This document shows, piece by piece, positions 54,001 through 64,000 of a stretch of DNA of 64,000 nucleotides. Each line of letters opens with the position of its first letter. The first letter of the stretch is position 1. Source of the DNA: Antedon mediterranea (lineage: Eukaryota > Animalia > Echinodermata). The stretch spans positions 9,796,001 through 9,860,000 of the forward strand of contig NC_092671.1 in assembly GCF_964355755.1 (NCBI RefSeq), read 5' to 3'. The position numbers and the translations under genes were made by a program. The notes beneath the pieces were generated by a model that saw nothing but the letters and a program-made list of their open reading frames with translations, did no database searches and was not told where the DNA came from.

Positions 54001-56770
54001 CCCAAATGTGGTAGTGATATGCCCAAATATGGTAGTGATATGACATCATTGTGTCCATATATGGGTACATTTTTTTGTCACATAAAGTTTGAGGATGTGT
54101 AAAAAAAGTTGAAGGAGCTGAAGGATTTACGCCCGTATTCTTAAACCGGACTTTAGTCGTAGTTCGAAGTTCGACTTGGAAAAGTCGTAGTTTGAGCTAT
54201 TACTTCAAATTCGATTAAAAAACGAAGTAGTCGAAGTTTGCAGTTCGACTTAATGAAGTCGAGCTTTTAGTCGAGTTGCACACGTCTGGGTAACAAAGGC
54301 TATACATTGGCCAATGACAAGAGAGTATTTGAGGAGCAGACGAAATTTTGCGCATTGATATCACTTTGCATTTCTTACAACACTTTTTACGCATCAGGAC
54401 TATATACATGAAAAATAATTGTAATCGTTAATTATCAGAACAATATCAGTATTAATTTAACAGTGAAGTATATTTGATTAACAACAAATAAAATCTTTAA
54501 AATATATTTAGGAACCATGGCGGTACGGTAACTTTTATATTTTCTAGGCCCCCAACAAAGTATGATCGCCACGAACCACGCACTTCATAGCGTGACAAGA
54601 AAGCGCTAGGCCCCCTAAACATTCCATCGCGTGGTGAATTGCCGCATCTCCCATTGTCGCTATGGCGTGATGTAGCTCAAGTCGGACTTGCACGAAGAAA
54701 ATAATGTAATTTGTATACAGTTGTAAATAAAGATGATTTTCATTATTATAATTTATACCAATGTATATTTAATTAAGCTAATATAAATATAGATATTTCA
54801 TTCGTCAATATCTGGCCAATATAACAACTCAATGACTGTTACGTTTTTTATAAACATCGTTTAAAAACCGTTTAGTCGACCATTTAGTCTGCCCCCTCCA
54901 GGACTAAAAAAATCGATCAAAATCCGTCTCGATTTAGTCGAGGTTGGCCTGATTTAGTCGGTGATTTAGTTGAAGTTCGGTTTATGAATTAAAATGACGT
55001 CATTTTTTTAGTTTTAGCTCGAACTACGACTAAAGTCCGGTTTAAGAATACGGGCGTTAGAGTTTTAGACTATCCTCTTCCCTGGCCCTCAGTCTCAAAA
55101 CCATTAAATTACATTACAGTAATTAATTATTTGAAATTTAGTTTGACACTCAAAGCGTGAAAGCTGTAATAAAATTTGTATATGTTTGTTTATAAATAAA
55201 AAGCTTGATTACTTCAAAATAGTTTTGTTTTTAACCATAAAATTTAATATACTGGCGTATCCTGGATATGAAGTATTTTCTATTTTAGGATTACTCATGA
55301 ATACTATACTTGTCTAGTACTAATGACAGTCACAATATAGTAAAGTAGGATTTATTGTCATAACATCTGGATTACAACACTGCTGAATGACAAGAATAGA
55401 TCTAATAAGAGGTATGTTAATGTTTTTCTTTCATGATGGTTTAGTTCTTTGCATTAATTAATGTTAAAGTTCATCTAGCGGGCAACGTTATTTATAGATC
55501 TCTCAAACAAACCTGCTCCAACAATTGTTGACAGACACGTAGCTACAGGGGTGGGCAGTAAATTTAGGCACCCAGAGCATGGAGTGATTAAATAAAGTTT
55601 TTATTGTTATTATTATTATTAGCTATAAATCTTCATGACCAGAGGTTTCTTGGGTGTGAAAAAGGCAAAAAGTAGATTTTGAAGGTATGTATTTGTGAAA
55701 ACAACTCTTGGCTGAGAGTTCCTCTAGAGCAAATCAACAAAATTCTACCAGTGAAATGCGTTAAAAAAAAGACAAGATCAACTAATGGAGACAAGCCATA
55801 AGAATATTGTAGGCTCGTCTAGGTGTTTTTAATGCAATCGATTTGATATTAAAATCCAATGATAATATGTTTACTGTCTCATGCATGTGTGCATGCAATA
55901 TTCTGGAAACAAAAAATGAGTCATTTCTTCCTAGTCATTTAATTTCTTGACATGCTGAATAAATTTGAAAAATAGAATTAAGGGATATAGGCATTAACTA
56001 CGTTCAATTGCAAACATGGTGGTAAAGAAAATCTATGAACTAATTATTTACAATGAAAATTTCAATTCAAAATAAAAAATAAAAAATTACATGATTTTAG
56101 AGTACTTAACTTAGGGATAATATTAATAAATTAATTGGTTTAAAATACATATCAATGTATCATTAATTATTACAAATGTGTACCTGGTGGGGATATTATA
56201 TTGTAATGTCAACAATGTAATCGTGTAATCGTAATAAAAACTGAATATTCAATAAATATGTGTTTCGGTTGCTGAACAGGTCAAACAGGGCTTATCCGCA
56301 CCTTGCCTTGACTATTCTGGTGGGGACCTCCAGCAAATCAGTGGGAGTCAATCGCACATTTAAAATCCGTCAGGTTGGTAGGGTCTACCTATACTAACTT
56401 CTAGAGCCTACTAACTAGTACCTAATAAATACACAAACTCTCATCCCACTTCCCCCACCACTGCTGGACATTGTATGTAGGATTCAGGCTCTGGTCTGGT
56501 TCAGGTTCCTGCGTTGTTGTTGGTCACACAGTCAAGTGTCAAATGTTAAATACCACCAAAATGAAAACCTCAAAAATTGTTAAAGAATAGTACAGTATAT
56601 AACAATATTTCACAAACGAAAAAATAGGTAAACGCATTATTTTTCATCAGTAAAAGTGACAGCATTAACACTCACCAGGTAAAGTGTGAAACTAGCAAGA
56701 AAATAGCTGGAATGACCATGTCATCACTGCCTACCGACCATCGTCGTCCAAATACCACCATTCCAGGCAT
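18019..56770 (-). CDS. DAGLA: Diacylglycerol lipase alpha (2-AG-synthesising sn1-DAG lipase), about 1010 aa core isoform
   Basis: Exons 56676-56770 ([24 protein letters not shown]), 48962-49176, 40657-40755, 34968-35130, 31481-31565, 31088-31300 ([19 protein letters not shown]), 30767-30891 (AYGWP), 29786-29930, 25043-25204 (ETPFFIA..SIRGTLS..AHK), 24665-24745, 24193-24338 (GHSLG nucleophile), 23822-23963 (GKD Asp), 23124-23332 (LFPPGKILH), 22818-22944 (DHLP His), 21700-22459, 18019-18284 (stop) total 3033 nt in frame. Four N-terminal TM helices plus a long C-terminal tail indicate alpha rather than beta. Confidence 0.95.
18319..18410. mobile_element. MITE family A, partial
   Basis: Perfect left TIR AGCTCTGTCTACACTATCAAAC plus core. 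Confidence 0.65.
18571..19750. repeat. About 139-bp tandem repeat (3 units), second unit interrupted by the Harbinger-like element
   Basis: Units start near 18571, 18710 and 19676, and share TTATGTTATAATGT..ACTACTGTGTTCTCATATCTGTG. Confidence 0.85.
18817..19636 (+). mobile_element. PIF/Harbinger-type non-autonomous element carrying a truncated Myb/SANT (trihelix) ORF
   Basis: 17-bp TIRs GGCCCTGTTTCTGCTGC / GCAGCAGAAACAGGCCC (1 mismatch), 3-bp TSD TGT and many subterminal ATACCGTAT motifs. ORF 19168-19482 ([37 protein letters not shown]) resembles Myb/SANT-like DNA-binding domains. Confidence 0.8.
20709..21576. repeat. 17-bp minisatellite (AATAGGGGTGTTCCTTT)n inside a MITE
   Basis: Over 40 near-identical units, with degenerate units at the right end. 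Confidence 0.95.
24851..25012. mobile_element. MITE family A, complete
   Basis: AGCTCTGTCTACACTATCAAACT ... AGTTTAATAGTGTAGACAGAGCT. Confidence 0.8.
25950..26085. mobile_element. MITE family A
   Basis: Both TIRs and the core are recognisable. Confidence 0.7.
27010..27084 (-). CDS. DAGLA: Candidate 75-nt cassette exon of DAGLA ([25 protein letters not shown])
   Basis: Pyrimidine/UGC-rich acceptor ending GAGTAG and donor AAG|GTAGGC, phase 0-0, open frame, a GC-rich island in an AT-rich intron. Confidence 0.55.
29489..29785 (-). CDS. DAGLA: Candidate in-frame 99-codon extension of DAGLA exon 8 (alternative 5' splice site)
   Basis: The ORF continues past donor GCG|GTTAGT (29785) to a second phase-0 donor ACG|GTATGC (29488). 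It spans 297 nt with no stops and is GC-rich like the exons. Confidence 0.6.
32131..32437. mobile_element. Kolobok-like MITE, family 2
   Basis: TTAA|AGATGTATTG ... CAATACATCT|TTAT. The interior is shared with about 63103-63440, and inverted remnants occur at about 2463-2600 and 33130-33210. Confidence 0.65.
36813..37433. mobile_element. Non-autonomous TTAA-targeting DNA transposon (Kolobok-like)
   Basis: TTAA|AGACCCCTTCCCTGC ... GTAGGGAAGGGGGCT|TTAA. AG termini with a TTAA TSD fit Kolobok. Confidence 0.7.
40358..40470. mobile_element. MITE family A
   Basis: Both TIRs, with TTA on both flanks. Confidence 0.7.
44312..44682. repeat. (GAT/GGT)n low-complexity trinucleotide tract
   Basis: Mixed GAT/GGT/GAC triplets with an internal duplication. 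Confidence 0.9.
47753..48429 (+). mobile_element. Non-autonomous Helentron / DINE-1-like element
   Basis: It begins TTTACCTCCGCCAAGGAGG, has a (GTTT)n microsatellite, a subterminal inverted copy GGCGGAGGTA, a short 3' hairpin and a CTAGTT end in a T-run. This is the typical HINE/DINE-1 layout. Confidence 0.7.
49596..50200. repeat. 22-bp minisatellite (CACTGTACTGCCATCAGAGAGA)n
   Basis: About 27 units, with older degenerate units extending left to about 49240. Confidence 0.95.
52345..52510. mobile_element. MITE family A (reverse orientation)
   Basis: Both TIRs and the core. Confidence 0.75.
53162..53800. repeat. 65/66-bp minisatellite with two unit variants
   Basis: Unit starts at 53162, 53228, 53294, 53359, 53425, 53490, 53556, 53621, 53686 and 53751. 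Confidence 0.95.
53954..54101. mobile_element. MITE family A, right end degraded
   Basis: Left TIR and a core with two 21-bp units. Confidence 0.65.
54130..55056. mobile_element. Young non-autonomous PIF/Harbinger-like DNA transposon, 927 bp
   Basis: Perfect 38-bp TIR CGCCCGTATTCTTAAACCGGACTTTAGTCGTAGTTCGA with TTA on both sides (54127-54129 and 55057-55059). No transposase ORF. Confidence 0.85.
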
Positions 56771-57085
56771 ATTTTACAATTATTTGTCTAAAAGCTCAAC
56801 ACAAAAATGTTATAAAATAAAAGCACGTTTGCAGCATCTTTATACAAGTTCTAAAACTCCAGTAAATTTCCAAGAAAACAGTACGTTACTAGGAAATCTT
56901 CAACATACCGCAGACGGTAACATTTTTTGGAGCAGCAGAGCAGCTGATTTCGCGGTGCCAAATGTTTTGATTGAACACTTTTTTAGTCTAGCGCCACCAA
57001 ATAATATAAAATTAGGTCAACAACCTTTGCACTGTTTCTTTTTCCGGTACGAAGAATCTGAAATCGAGGCGTGGCTCAAGTCGAG
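56771..57085. promoter_or_regulatory. Bidirectional promoter / 5' leader region shared by DAGLA and CARF
   Basis: The DAGLA ATG (56770, minus) and the first CARF donor (57085, plus) are 315 bp apart, and the interval is locally CpG-enriched. Confidence 0.65.
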
Positions 57086-57694
57086 GTTTGTGTCTCGTTT
57101 TCAAATTTTCCTCCCGCAATATATTTTTTTTCAATTTTTAAAACTTTATCTTTCCTAGTTATTCACCTGCAAACCTTCTATAACTTATTCTTACGTTAAA
57201 TAACTGCATATTTTATTGTTTTCGTTGTGCTTTGCTAGGCCTAACTATTCGGAATGTATGCCTTAAAAAGCTTGGCTCTCTGCACAAAAATATTGTATAA
57301 CTTAGTGGGTATATAGCCTTGTATATCCTTGTCATTTGATTGGTTGATTTCTTATCAAGTTACAACTACTGTAGCAATAATTATTTTCTCCCATTTTTAA
57401 AGGCATTATTTTTATTGAACGAATCAGTATCCTGGATTTTATAAGCATTGAGAAATTTGAGTGACACACATAGGCCTACTTTTAGTCAAAGTATAAAACA
57501 TGATATAAATTGAACTAAAATTGTATTATAAGGTTTAATGTATGTGTAATTAACATTTTAATATTTTTCATTTTAGAATGTTTCTCTTAGCATTCTAATA
57601 CACATGTCAAAGGTCAGATAGAAAATAACATGATTAATGCAGATTTGCATAATATTGAACAACAATCTATATCTACCAACGTTGCACTGTTATC

Positions 57695-60600
57695 ATGAGC
57701 ACAGAAGATGCAAGGTCACCTAGTGACGGCGACCACCCTGTAGTCTCCGACATACAATCGAATGTCTGTGTTATGGAACTATCATCCGACAACAATGTCA
57801 ATGAATCGGCAGTCTATTCAGAAGATGTAATGCATTCAACTGGTGATATCTTGATCTCAGGAAACCAGCCACCTGAAGACATCCTGAACTCTGACAACCA
57901 TGCAGCTGGAGTCTGTATGGATGTACATTCGACAGAAAACATCAATGCTAGAAGAACAACATCTGTAATTGTTCTCAACAGTTACAGAACTCGTATGGAT
58001 AGTGAAGTATGAATTTTGATTCATTGACCAACCATTAACTGATAAACCAACCCTGTTTTGACGTAAGTTCTGTCTAGACTATCAGACTAGTTTGACAACA
58101 AAGTGTTACGTGCACAAGGGTGGTGATATGCCTAAATATGTGTAGTGTTTGACATCATCATGTCCATATATGGGCACATCACATAAAGTTTGATAGTGTA
58201 GACAAGCTTAAAGCCTCAATGGAATAAACAATGCATACGGACACTTTATTAGGTTTTTTTTTATTCATAAAAATGACCAATTTCATTTATAGAGTGAACA
58301 GAGTAAGATGGAGATGGAAGGCATAATGATTGAATCATCGGAGATCAGTGGAGGTGATGAAACACATCAGTTGGAGGTTTGCTCCATCACTGGCCACGAT
58401 GAAGATCACCCGATAGGTGTTGCTACCATCTCAAGTCATGGTAGTACTCACCAGATAGATATTGGTGGTACAGTGTACCCTTATTTAGCTACTGAAAACC
58501 AAGCAGTTACTAGTAAGTTACAACCTCCAAAACTTTTTTTTATTATTTTCCCATATTTTGCATTCGTTTTTCCATATTAAAGAGGATAATTCAATGACCT
58601 ATGTGTTTTCATTGCAGGTATATCAATACCTATACAGATAATGACAAGCTGTAAAGCACCTCCACCAGGATGTCCCCAGTGGGCTGCTAGACTTAAAGAA
58701 TGTCAGGTAAGTTGTGGCTTACTTATTCCAGGGTCTTTGGTTAAAATCTCATCACAATATCAGGATTTTTCTGACAGCCAAGACAGCACCTGCCACTACT
58801 ATACCTAAAGCACTGTCTACACTATCAAACTAGATTGTGATGTGCCCAAATATGCTAGTGATATGATATCATCGTGTCCATATATGCTCACATTTTTTTT
58901 TGATAGTGGAGATAGAGCTTAAGCCTTACAAGCATGGCTTTCCCATCCTTGTTCTGTAATTAATGAATCATTTATAGCCTCTCTTTGGTTTACACATTTC
59001 ACTCAACTGTACTGTACTTAACCATATTGTTCTGTTTTCTAATTATATAAAACATATTTTACAATATTATTTGGATGTACTGATCCACACAGCACCTGTC
59101 ATAGATAAGAGGTTGTAGGACATGATTTGTTCATTATCTTATACTCCTTTCGCAGAAGGTTGGGACATCATATCGAGGATTTGTTGAAAACGAGATTGAA
59201 TTGGACTTGCTACTTACATTTCATAAGCAAGAGACAGGAAGCTTCTGGGGTACCCGCCAGTCGCCAAGTGCAGAGAGGTCTTCAAAGAGGCTTATGTGGC
59301 GCTCACAGTATGTCCCATATGACGGCATTCCCTTTGTGAATATGGGTAAGCTTTCTAATATCTTTGATACTGTGAAGGAATCTTTATGTGCAGCTTACCT
59401 GGATAAATTAAAAACAGCCTGTCTCTACAAACAAAATGAGTCAAAATATGGGAAAAAAAGAACACCCCTTTTCCAAAAATGGTATATTCCATAAATTTGT
59501 ATTTTTCCTATGTTTTTAGGTAGCAGGGCTGTGACAATGGAATGTCAGTTTGGTCCAAGACGAAAAAGTAAAGCATGGAAGGCAGGGAGTAGCAAGAACT
59601 ACAAGACATCATGCCCTGCAAGGTACAATAGAAGCCACTGGTCCCTTCAAAGCTTATGTATTTCTGTAATTGATATGATGTCTACCTTTAGTTCAGTTCC
59701 TAAAAAAATAAACCAGTTGAAAGAAACTAAACCCAACACAATTTAAGATTACTTTGCTTATTTCATATAATTTTTTTTTTTAGAATTTACATAAAGAAAG
59801 TTAGAAAATTCCTTAAGTTCAAAGCTTCGAATATAAACGACAAAAAAGACCATGACAGAGTTTTCCAGTCCATCAAAGATATCGGAATTGATGAAGTTTA
59901 TGGTGTGGAAAGGTTTGTCACTTTTTGCCCATCATACTTTAATATTTAAGAAAAAATTACAATATAAAGAATGTATACCTTTCACAGTGGCAGATTCAGA
60001 GGAGTAGTGACAAATATTTTGGTGTCAATTTCTGACCTAAAATATTAAAATACACCATCAGTTGGCCAAGTTATTGACTCCTGTTGAGTTTTTCCTAGTA
60101 CCCTTTCCCTGTTTATGTCCTCTTTTCAATATAAAAATAAATACATTTTGTCCACAGGTGGTATGTACAATTACCCACAATTCAAGCACATGATTACCAT
60201 GATCCAGTTACAGAGAACGTGTTGCAGCCAATGTTAGAGTTGCAAAGGCAAGAGACACCGGCTGAAGAGCGAATGAACCCTAAAGTAGCTCAGAAGATAC
60301 AGGATCTAATTAGTGAAGGCATTTCAAATGATTTTGAAATTAGAGCCAAGCTAAGGTTTGTGTGATCTACTTGCTAAAGCAGTAAAATAATGAAAAATTT
60401 AAACACCAGTTCTGAGCTAATTAATAGGGAACTTTCGTCAACCTAGGACCTACGCACATTGTGTCATCATCGGAACCTAGAATGCTTAATGATTTTAAAT
60501 TTATAAAGCACAAAAAAAAGTCTGAAGCACTGTGAAAAGGGAAAAAATCCACCAAAACTGTTGAGAAATCTAGTGAGAAAGTACATGCCAATGTCCCCAC

Positions 60601-61731
60601 ATCACTAGCTAGGTCATCACAATTTGAAAGCTTCCAGAGACAAACCTGCATTTAAGGTACCATTCTTATTTTATTTTCTAGGCAGTATGTTCTGCAAGAG
60701 CTGTTTAAGGCTGAAAAGTGCCCAGATAGACATGATCCCAGGTACTTTCCTACCATCAATAACATCCAAAACTACAAACATGAAATCAAGAAAGCTGTGG
60801 AAAAGGGAGAACTTATATTAGATGTAAGTATAGGTTTACTCATACTTTTAAATCAGTTACTATGGGTTATGAGATTTGCAATTTAGTATTAAGTTTATAA
60901 ATGTTCAATGTAATACTGTACAACAAAAAGAGTATATTATTTGATTTTCAGATTAAAGTTAGAGACATTGAAAAATCTGAAGATACTAAATTAATAAATA
61001 AGTGGATTGAGCCAAAAGAAGATGAAGGTAATATTATTATTGTTTGTGATATCTTTAAAGTCTATTCCACACAGTCTACAGTTCCAACATCAACCACCAA
61101 AAATAGCTTATACCGTTATCAGCAAACCCAGTGATGATCCCCTACTCTTTTGAGTAGTAATGTACTGTACAAAATAATTTGAGTAAAGCACCAAAATCCA
61201 TCATCATCTGGCTATCTTTATAGAACTAGCAATTTAGTGTATTGTCTTTAAATTTATTTATAAATATGTATATAACATTTATCTTTTTTTTACAGGACCA
61301 TTACCTATGTCAAACATGGCTGGCAATAAATTATTATCACAGATAAATTCAACAAAGGTAAACTTAAGGAATTGTATTCTTTATCTTGTATTCTACGTTG
61401 AATCTACTCTTTTTAAAATATTTTGTAATAATATTTTAATGTAATTATAATTTTACTTTAAACTTACTGTTAATTATTCTTTCAATTTTCATTTTAGACT
61501 GGCAAGAGTAATCTAGTAACATGCACAGAAGTTTCTGACATAGACAAAACCAATAACCAATCAGGTAGCCCGTTACCAATGATGGAATCTGAAAACAACC
61601 AATCAAATAGTCTGTTACAAGATAGTACGGCAGAATCATTACTCAGTGAAATGCAAAACAACCAAACAGTGATTGAATCAGCTGATCACATGGTAGATCC
61701 TGACCAATCAACTGATAAAGATTCGCAATGA
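57695..61731 (+). CDS. CARF: Calcium-responsive transcription factor (CaRF) homolog, about 584 aa
   Basis: Exons 57695-58006, 58293-58512, 58618-58706, 59156-59345, 59520-59622, 59784-59912, 60158-60355, 60682-60823, 60952-61027, 61296-61357, 61498-61731 (TGA) total 1755 nt in phase. They carry the CaRF core motifs [70 protein letters not shown] and YVQLPTIQAH. A probable non-coding exon 1 ends at donor 57085. Confidence 0.9.
58066..58208. mobile_element. MITE family A
   Basis: Both TIRs and the core, within a CARF intron. Confidence 0.7.
58809..58919. mobile_element. MITE family A
   Basis: Both TIRs, with TAA on both flanks. Confidence 0.7.
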
Positions 61732-63102
61732 AATGCAATACTTTTCGGATGTAAATGTTTTATATATTAAATTATATATTGTATACTGTTATATAAATAT
61801 ATTGTACAGCAAAATTAAATTCTTTATGTACTAAATTTCGTTGCCATTACTTTTGATTACTTTATTGGGTCCTAGTCTCACACATCCCTCCGTCTAATAT
61901 TATGCTAATGTGGTACATACTGTATCATAGTTCTGCTGGGACAACAATTTCAACATATTAAATTGCTCATACTCAAATAATGGCCTACCAATTATTATTA
62001 ATACTCCATGTTATAATATTTGTTTTTGAAGGCTTAAATGGTGTAAACTACCCTTCATTAATTAAAATGAAATGATAATGGGCCTTCACTCCTTGTCATG
62101 GGTTGAGTCCAGAGATGAAGTTTTGACTTAATATTAGTAAAAAGATAGATATGTTGGCGTTTTATATGTACAGTATACTACTTCAGCTTGTGTATTTCAG
62201 ACAAACATCGAAAAAGCAACTACAGATTACAAATTAACTGAAAAGTACAAAATATGCAATTCAATAGACCCACCGCAATACCAAACCAATATGTCAAGAA
62301 TCACGGTTGATCTTGACCAATCAAATGATAGATTCGCAATATTGCAGCGTTATAGTTTAATGGATTATACAGTCCTGGTGACCTATAAATGACGATGGTA
62401 TTAAAGTACAGGTACAACCATGGTACAACGTACAGTAAAATTGTCACCATAAAAGACAGTACCATCCATTGTTTGTGGTTTAATCCTATTAGTTTTATTA
62501 CCAAGCGCAATAAAATTACCTCTGCACTTTCCATTGTTTTATTTGTTTGCCAAGTGTAAGCCCTATCCTTTCAATTGAATAGAAGTTCATACTTTTTAAC
62601 AATTATTACACTGTGGTTGGTCTCCAGGCAGCAGACTCTTGTTGTTACACTTAACAAGTATAACCGAATACCTCCCATGGGACGAATCTTGTACTTTAAC
62701 AGCCAAATTCTTTACTTTTTATTATTGAAAGCAACGTTGCAACGGTGGTATATCAGTATTTCTCTCCAATGAAAGTGGACGTTTTTTAGAGTTCGTTGAA
62801 TAAATAAATCGTGTTGAAACGCTTACGAATAGTCCCGTTTGGATTATCACTTAAAACCGTAAGTAGTCTATAGGCCTACAGTTAAATCACAGAGGTATAA
62901 TATTAATATTTGAGAGCACGTACTGTAATTTCGTACCATATTACAAACTGATCAGTGTTTCATTGTTGGGCGTATAGTACTGATATAATAATAATGTACT
63001 AATACTAGAACTATCGCCGGAAGACCAAGTACAAATAGGTAGGAGAAACAGCATTAAGAGAACCCACGGTAATTTATTGTGGCAATGTGCAGTTTGGGTT
63101 GA

Positions 63103-63440
63103 AGATGTATTCTCACCCATGAAAAAAACATTTTTTTTTATTTTGTTGTTGAATATGCCATTTTAAAGTCACATAATAATTATCCACTTTGACCAAAAAT
63201 TGGATCGAAAAAAAATGTATTTACCTGAAAAAACTGTAATTTAAAGCAAAAAAATGGTCAAATTGGCTGCCAGCCAATCAATGGTTTTTGGTGAAATTTA
63301 ACCATTTATTTTGTCATTTTATAAGTAAAAACATTATTTGTTTCCATTTTTTTTGCTACGGAAGTGATTAACTTTATTAAAACTACAATATGATATATTC
63401 AAAGTCTGATTTAATTAATCTTAATTTTTCATGTTTTTGG
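63103..63440. mobile_element. Second copy of the Kolobok-like MITE family 2
   Basis: Colinear with 32131-32437 (TTGTTGAATATGCCA, GTCAAATTGGCTGCCAGCCAAT, AAAGTCTGATTTA). The right end is degraded. Confidence 0.65.
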
Positions 63441-63834
63441 TGTGCAGTCAGTAGGGTCGATTAGAGGGTGTGACGTCCCCCTATAATATGCCTATATTTC
63501 GAATTCATCAATATTCAGAACTTGGCAATTTTAATTGAAAACTACAATTGTATTTAAAAAGTAATAGCTTATACCTTGAAAGAACTGTCCAACAAGGAGG
63601 TGTTATGAATTAAATTGAATTAGTAAAACACAAATTTCAAATATTTGTTCCTGGTGAAAGAATTTATGATATTCTACTGACCCTTAAACAAGCTTTTACT
63701 GTTTCGGTTGTCAAATATTTTCCGACTAGTATAATTTATGGATTTTTTTTTGTTGAAACAGTCTCCCACAAAGATCGCAGGTGGACCAATGAATGGAAAC
63801 GGAATATAATATATATACTGTAGCTACCACAAGT

Positions 63835-64000
63835 ATGGTAGGACCGATTTTCACGGCTCCCAAACCTGTGTCTGTGGTACGCAGTAAAAGTTGCCATGTG
63901 AGCCGATATGTGGGGCAACCAGGAGGGAAACCTAAATTACAACATTCGCCGGGCAAGATACATCATGTGATCGAAGCATGGGCAAGTAGACGGAATACGT
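63835..64000 (+). CDS. Possible first coding exon of a further gene, truncated by the window end; product unknown
   Basis: An acceptor ..TTTTGTTGAAACAG ends at 63761, then ATG at 63835 opens a GC-richer frame (MVGPIFTAPKPVSVVRSKSCHVSRYVGQPGG..) that stays open to the window end. I recognise no family. Confidence 0.35.
   Translation, partial: MVGPIFTAPKPVSVVRSKSCHVSRYVGQPGGKPKLQHSPGKIHHVIEAWASRRNT

Overview
This is AT-rich, intron-containing animal DNA, not prokaryotic. An invertebrate deuterostome such as an echinoderm is my guess, but it cannot be proven from the window. I rebuilt four spliced genes by hand from GT-AG junctions with consistent phases. (1) Minus strand, 142-8556, running off the window start: a Sec23/24-type Zn-finger plus VWA protein of the 'circularly permutated Ras protein 1-like' type, with an N-terminus rich in Tyr motifs. 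(2) Plus strand, 10815-14191: SAXO4/PPP1R32, a ciliary microtubule protein, with an RFX X-box at its promoter. (3) Minus strand, 18019-56770: diacylglycerol lipase alpha (DAGLA), 16 core exons, about 1010 aa. (4) Plus strand, 57695-61731: calcium-responsive transcription factor (CARF), head-to-head with DAGLA. A fifth gene may start at 63835. Introns hold many non-autonomous DNA transposons (PIF/Harbinger-, Kolobok-, Helentron- and Tc1/pogo-like), short retroposed inserts with TSDs, and several minisatellites. The best novelty candidates are in-frame optional inserts of 99 and 25 aa at the start of the DAGLA lipase core, a frame-coupled microexon pair in the DAGLA tail, an ITAM-like and YDN-bearing exon cassette on the VWA protein, SAXO4-DAGLA linkage as in human 11q12, and the DAGLA/CARF shared promoter. 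There is no CRISPR array, rRNA or tRNA. All coordinates were read by eye and no searches were run.
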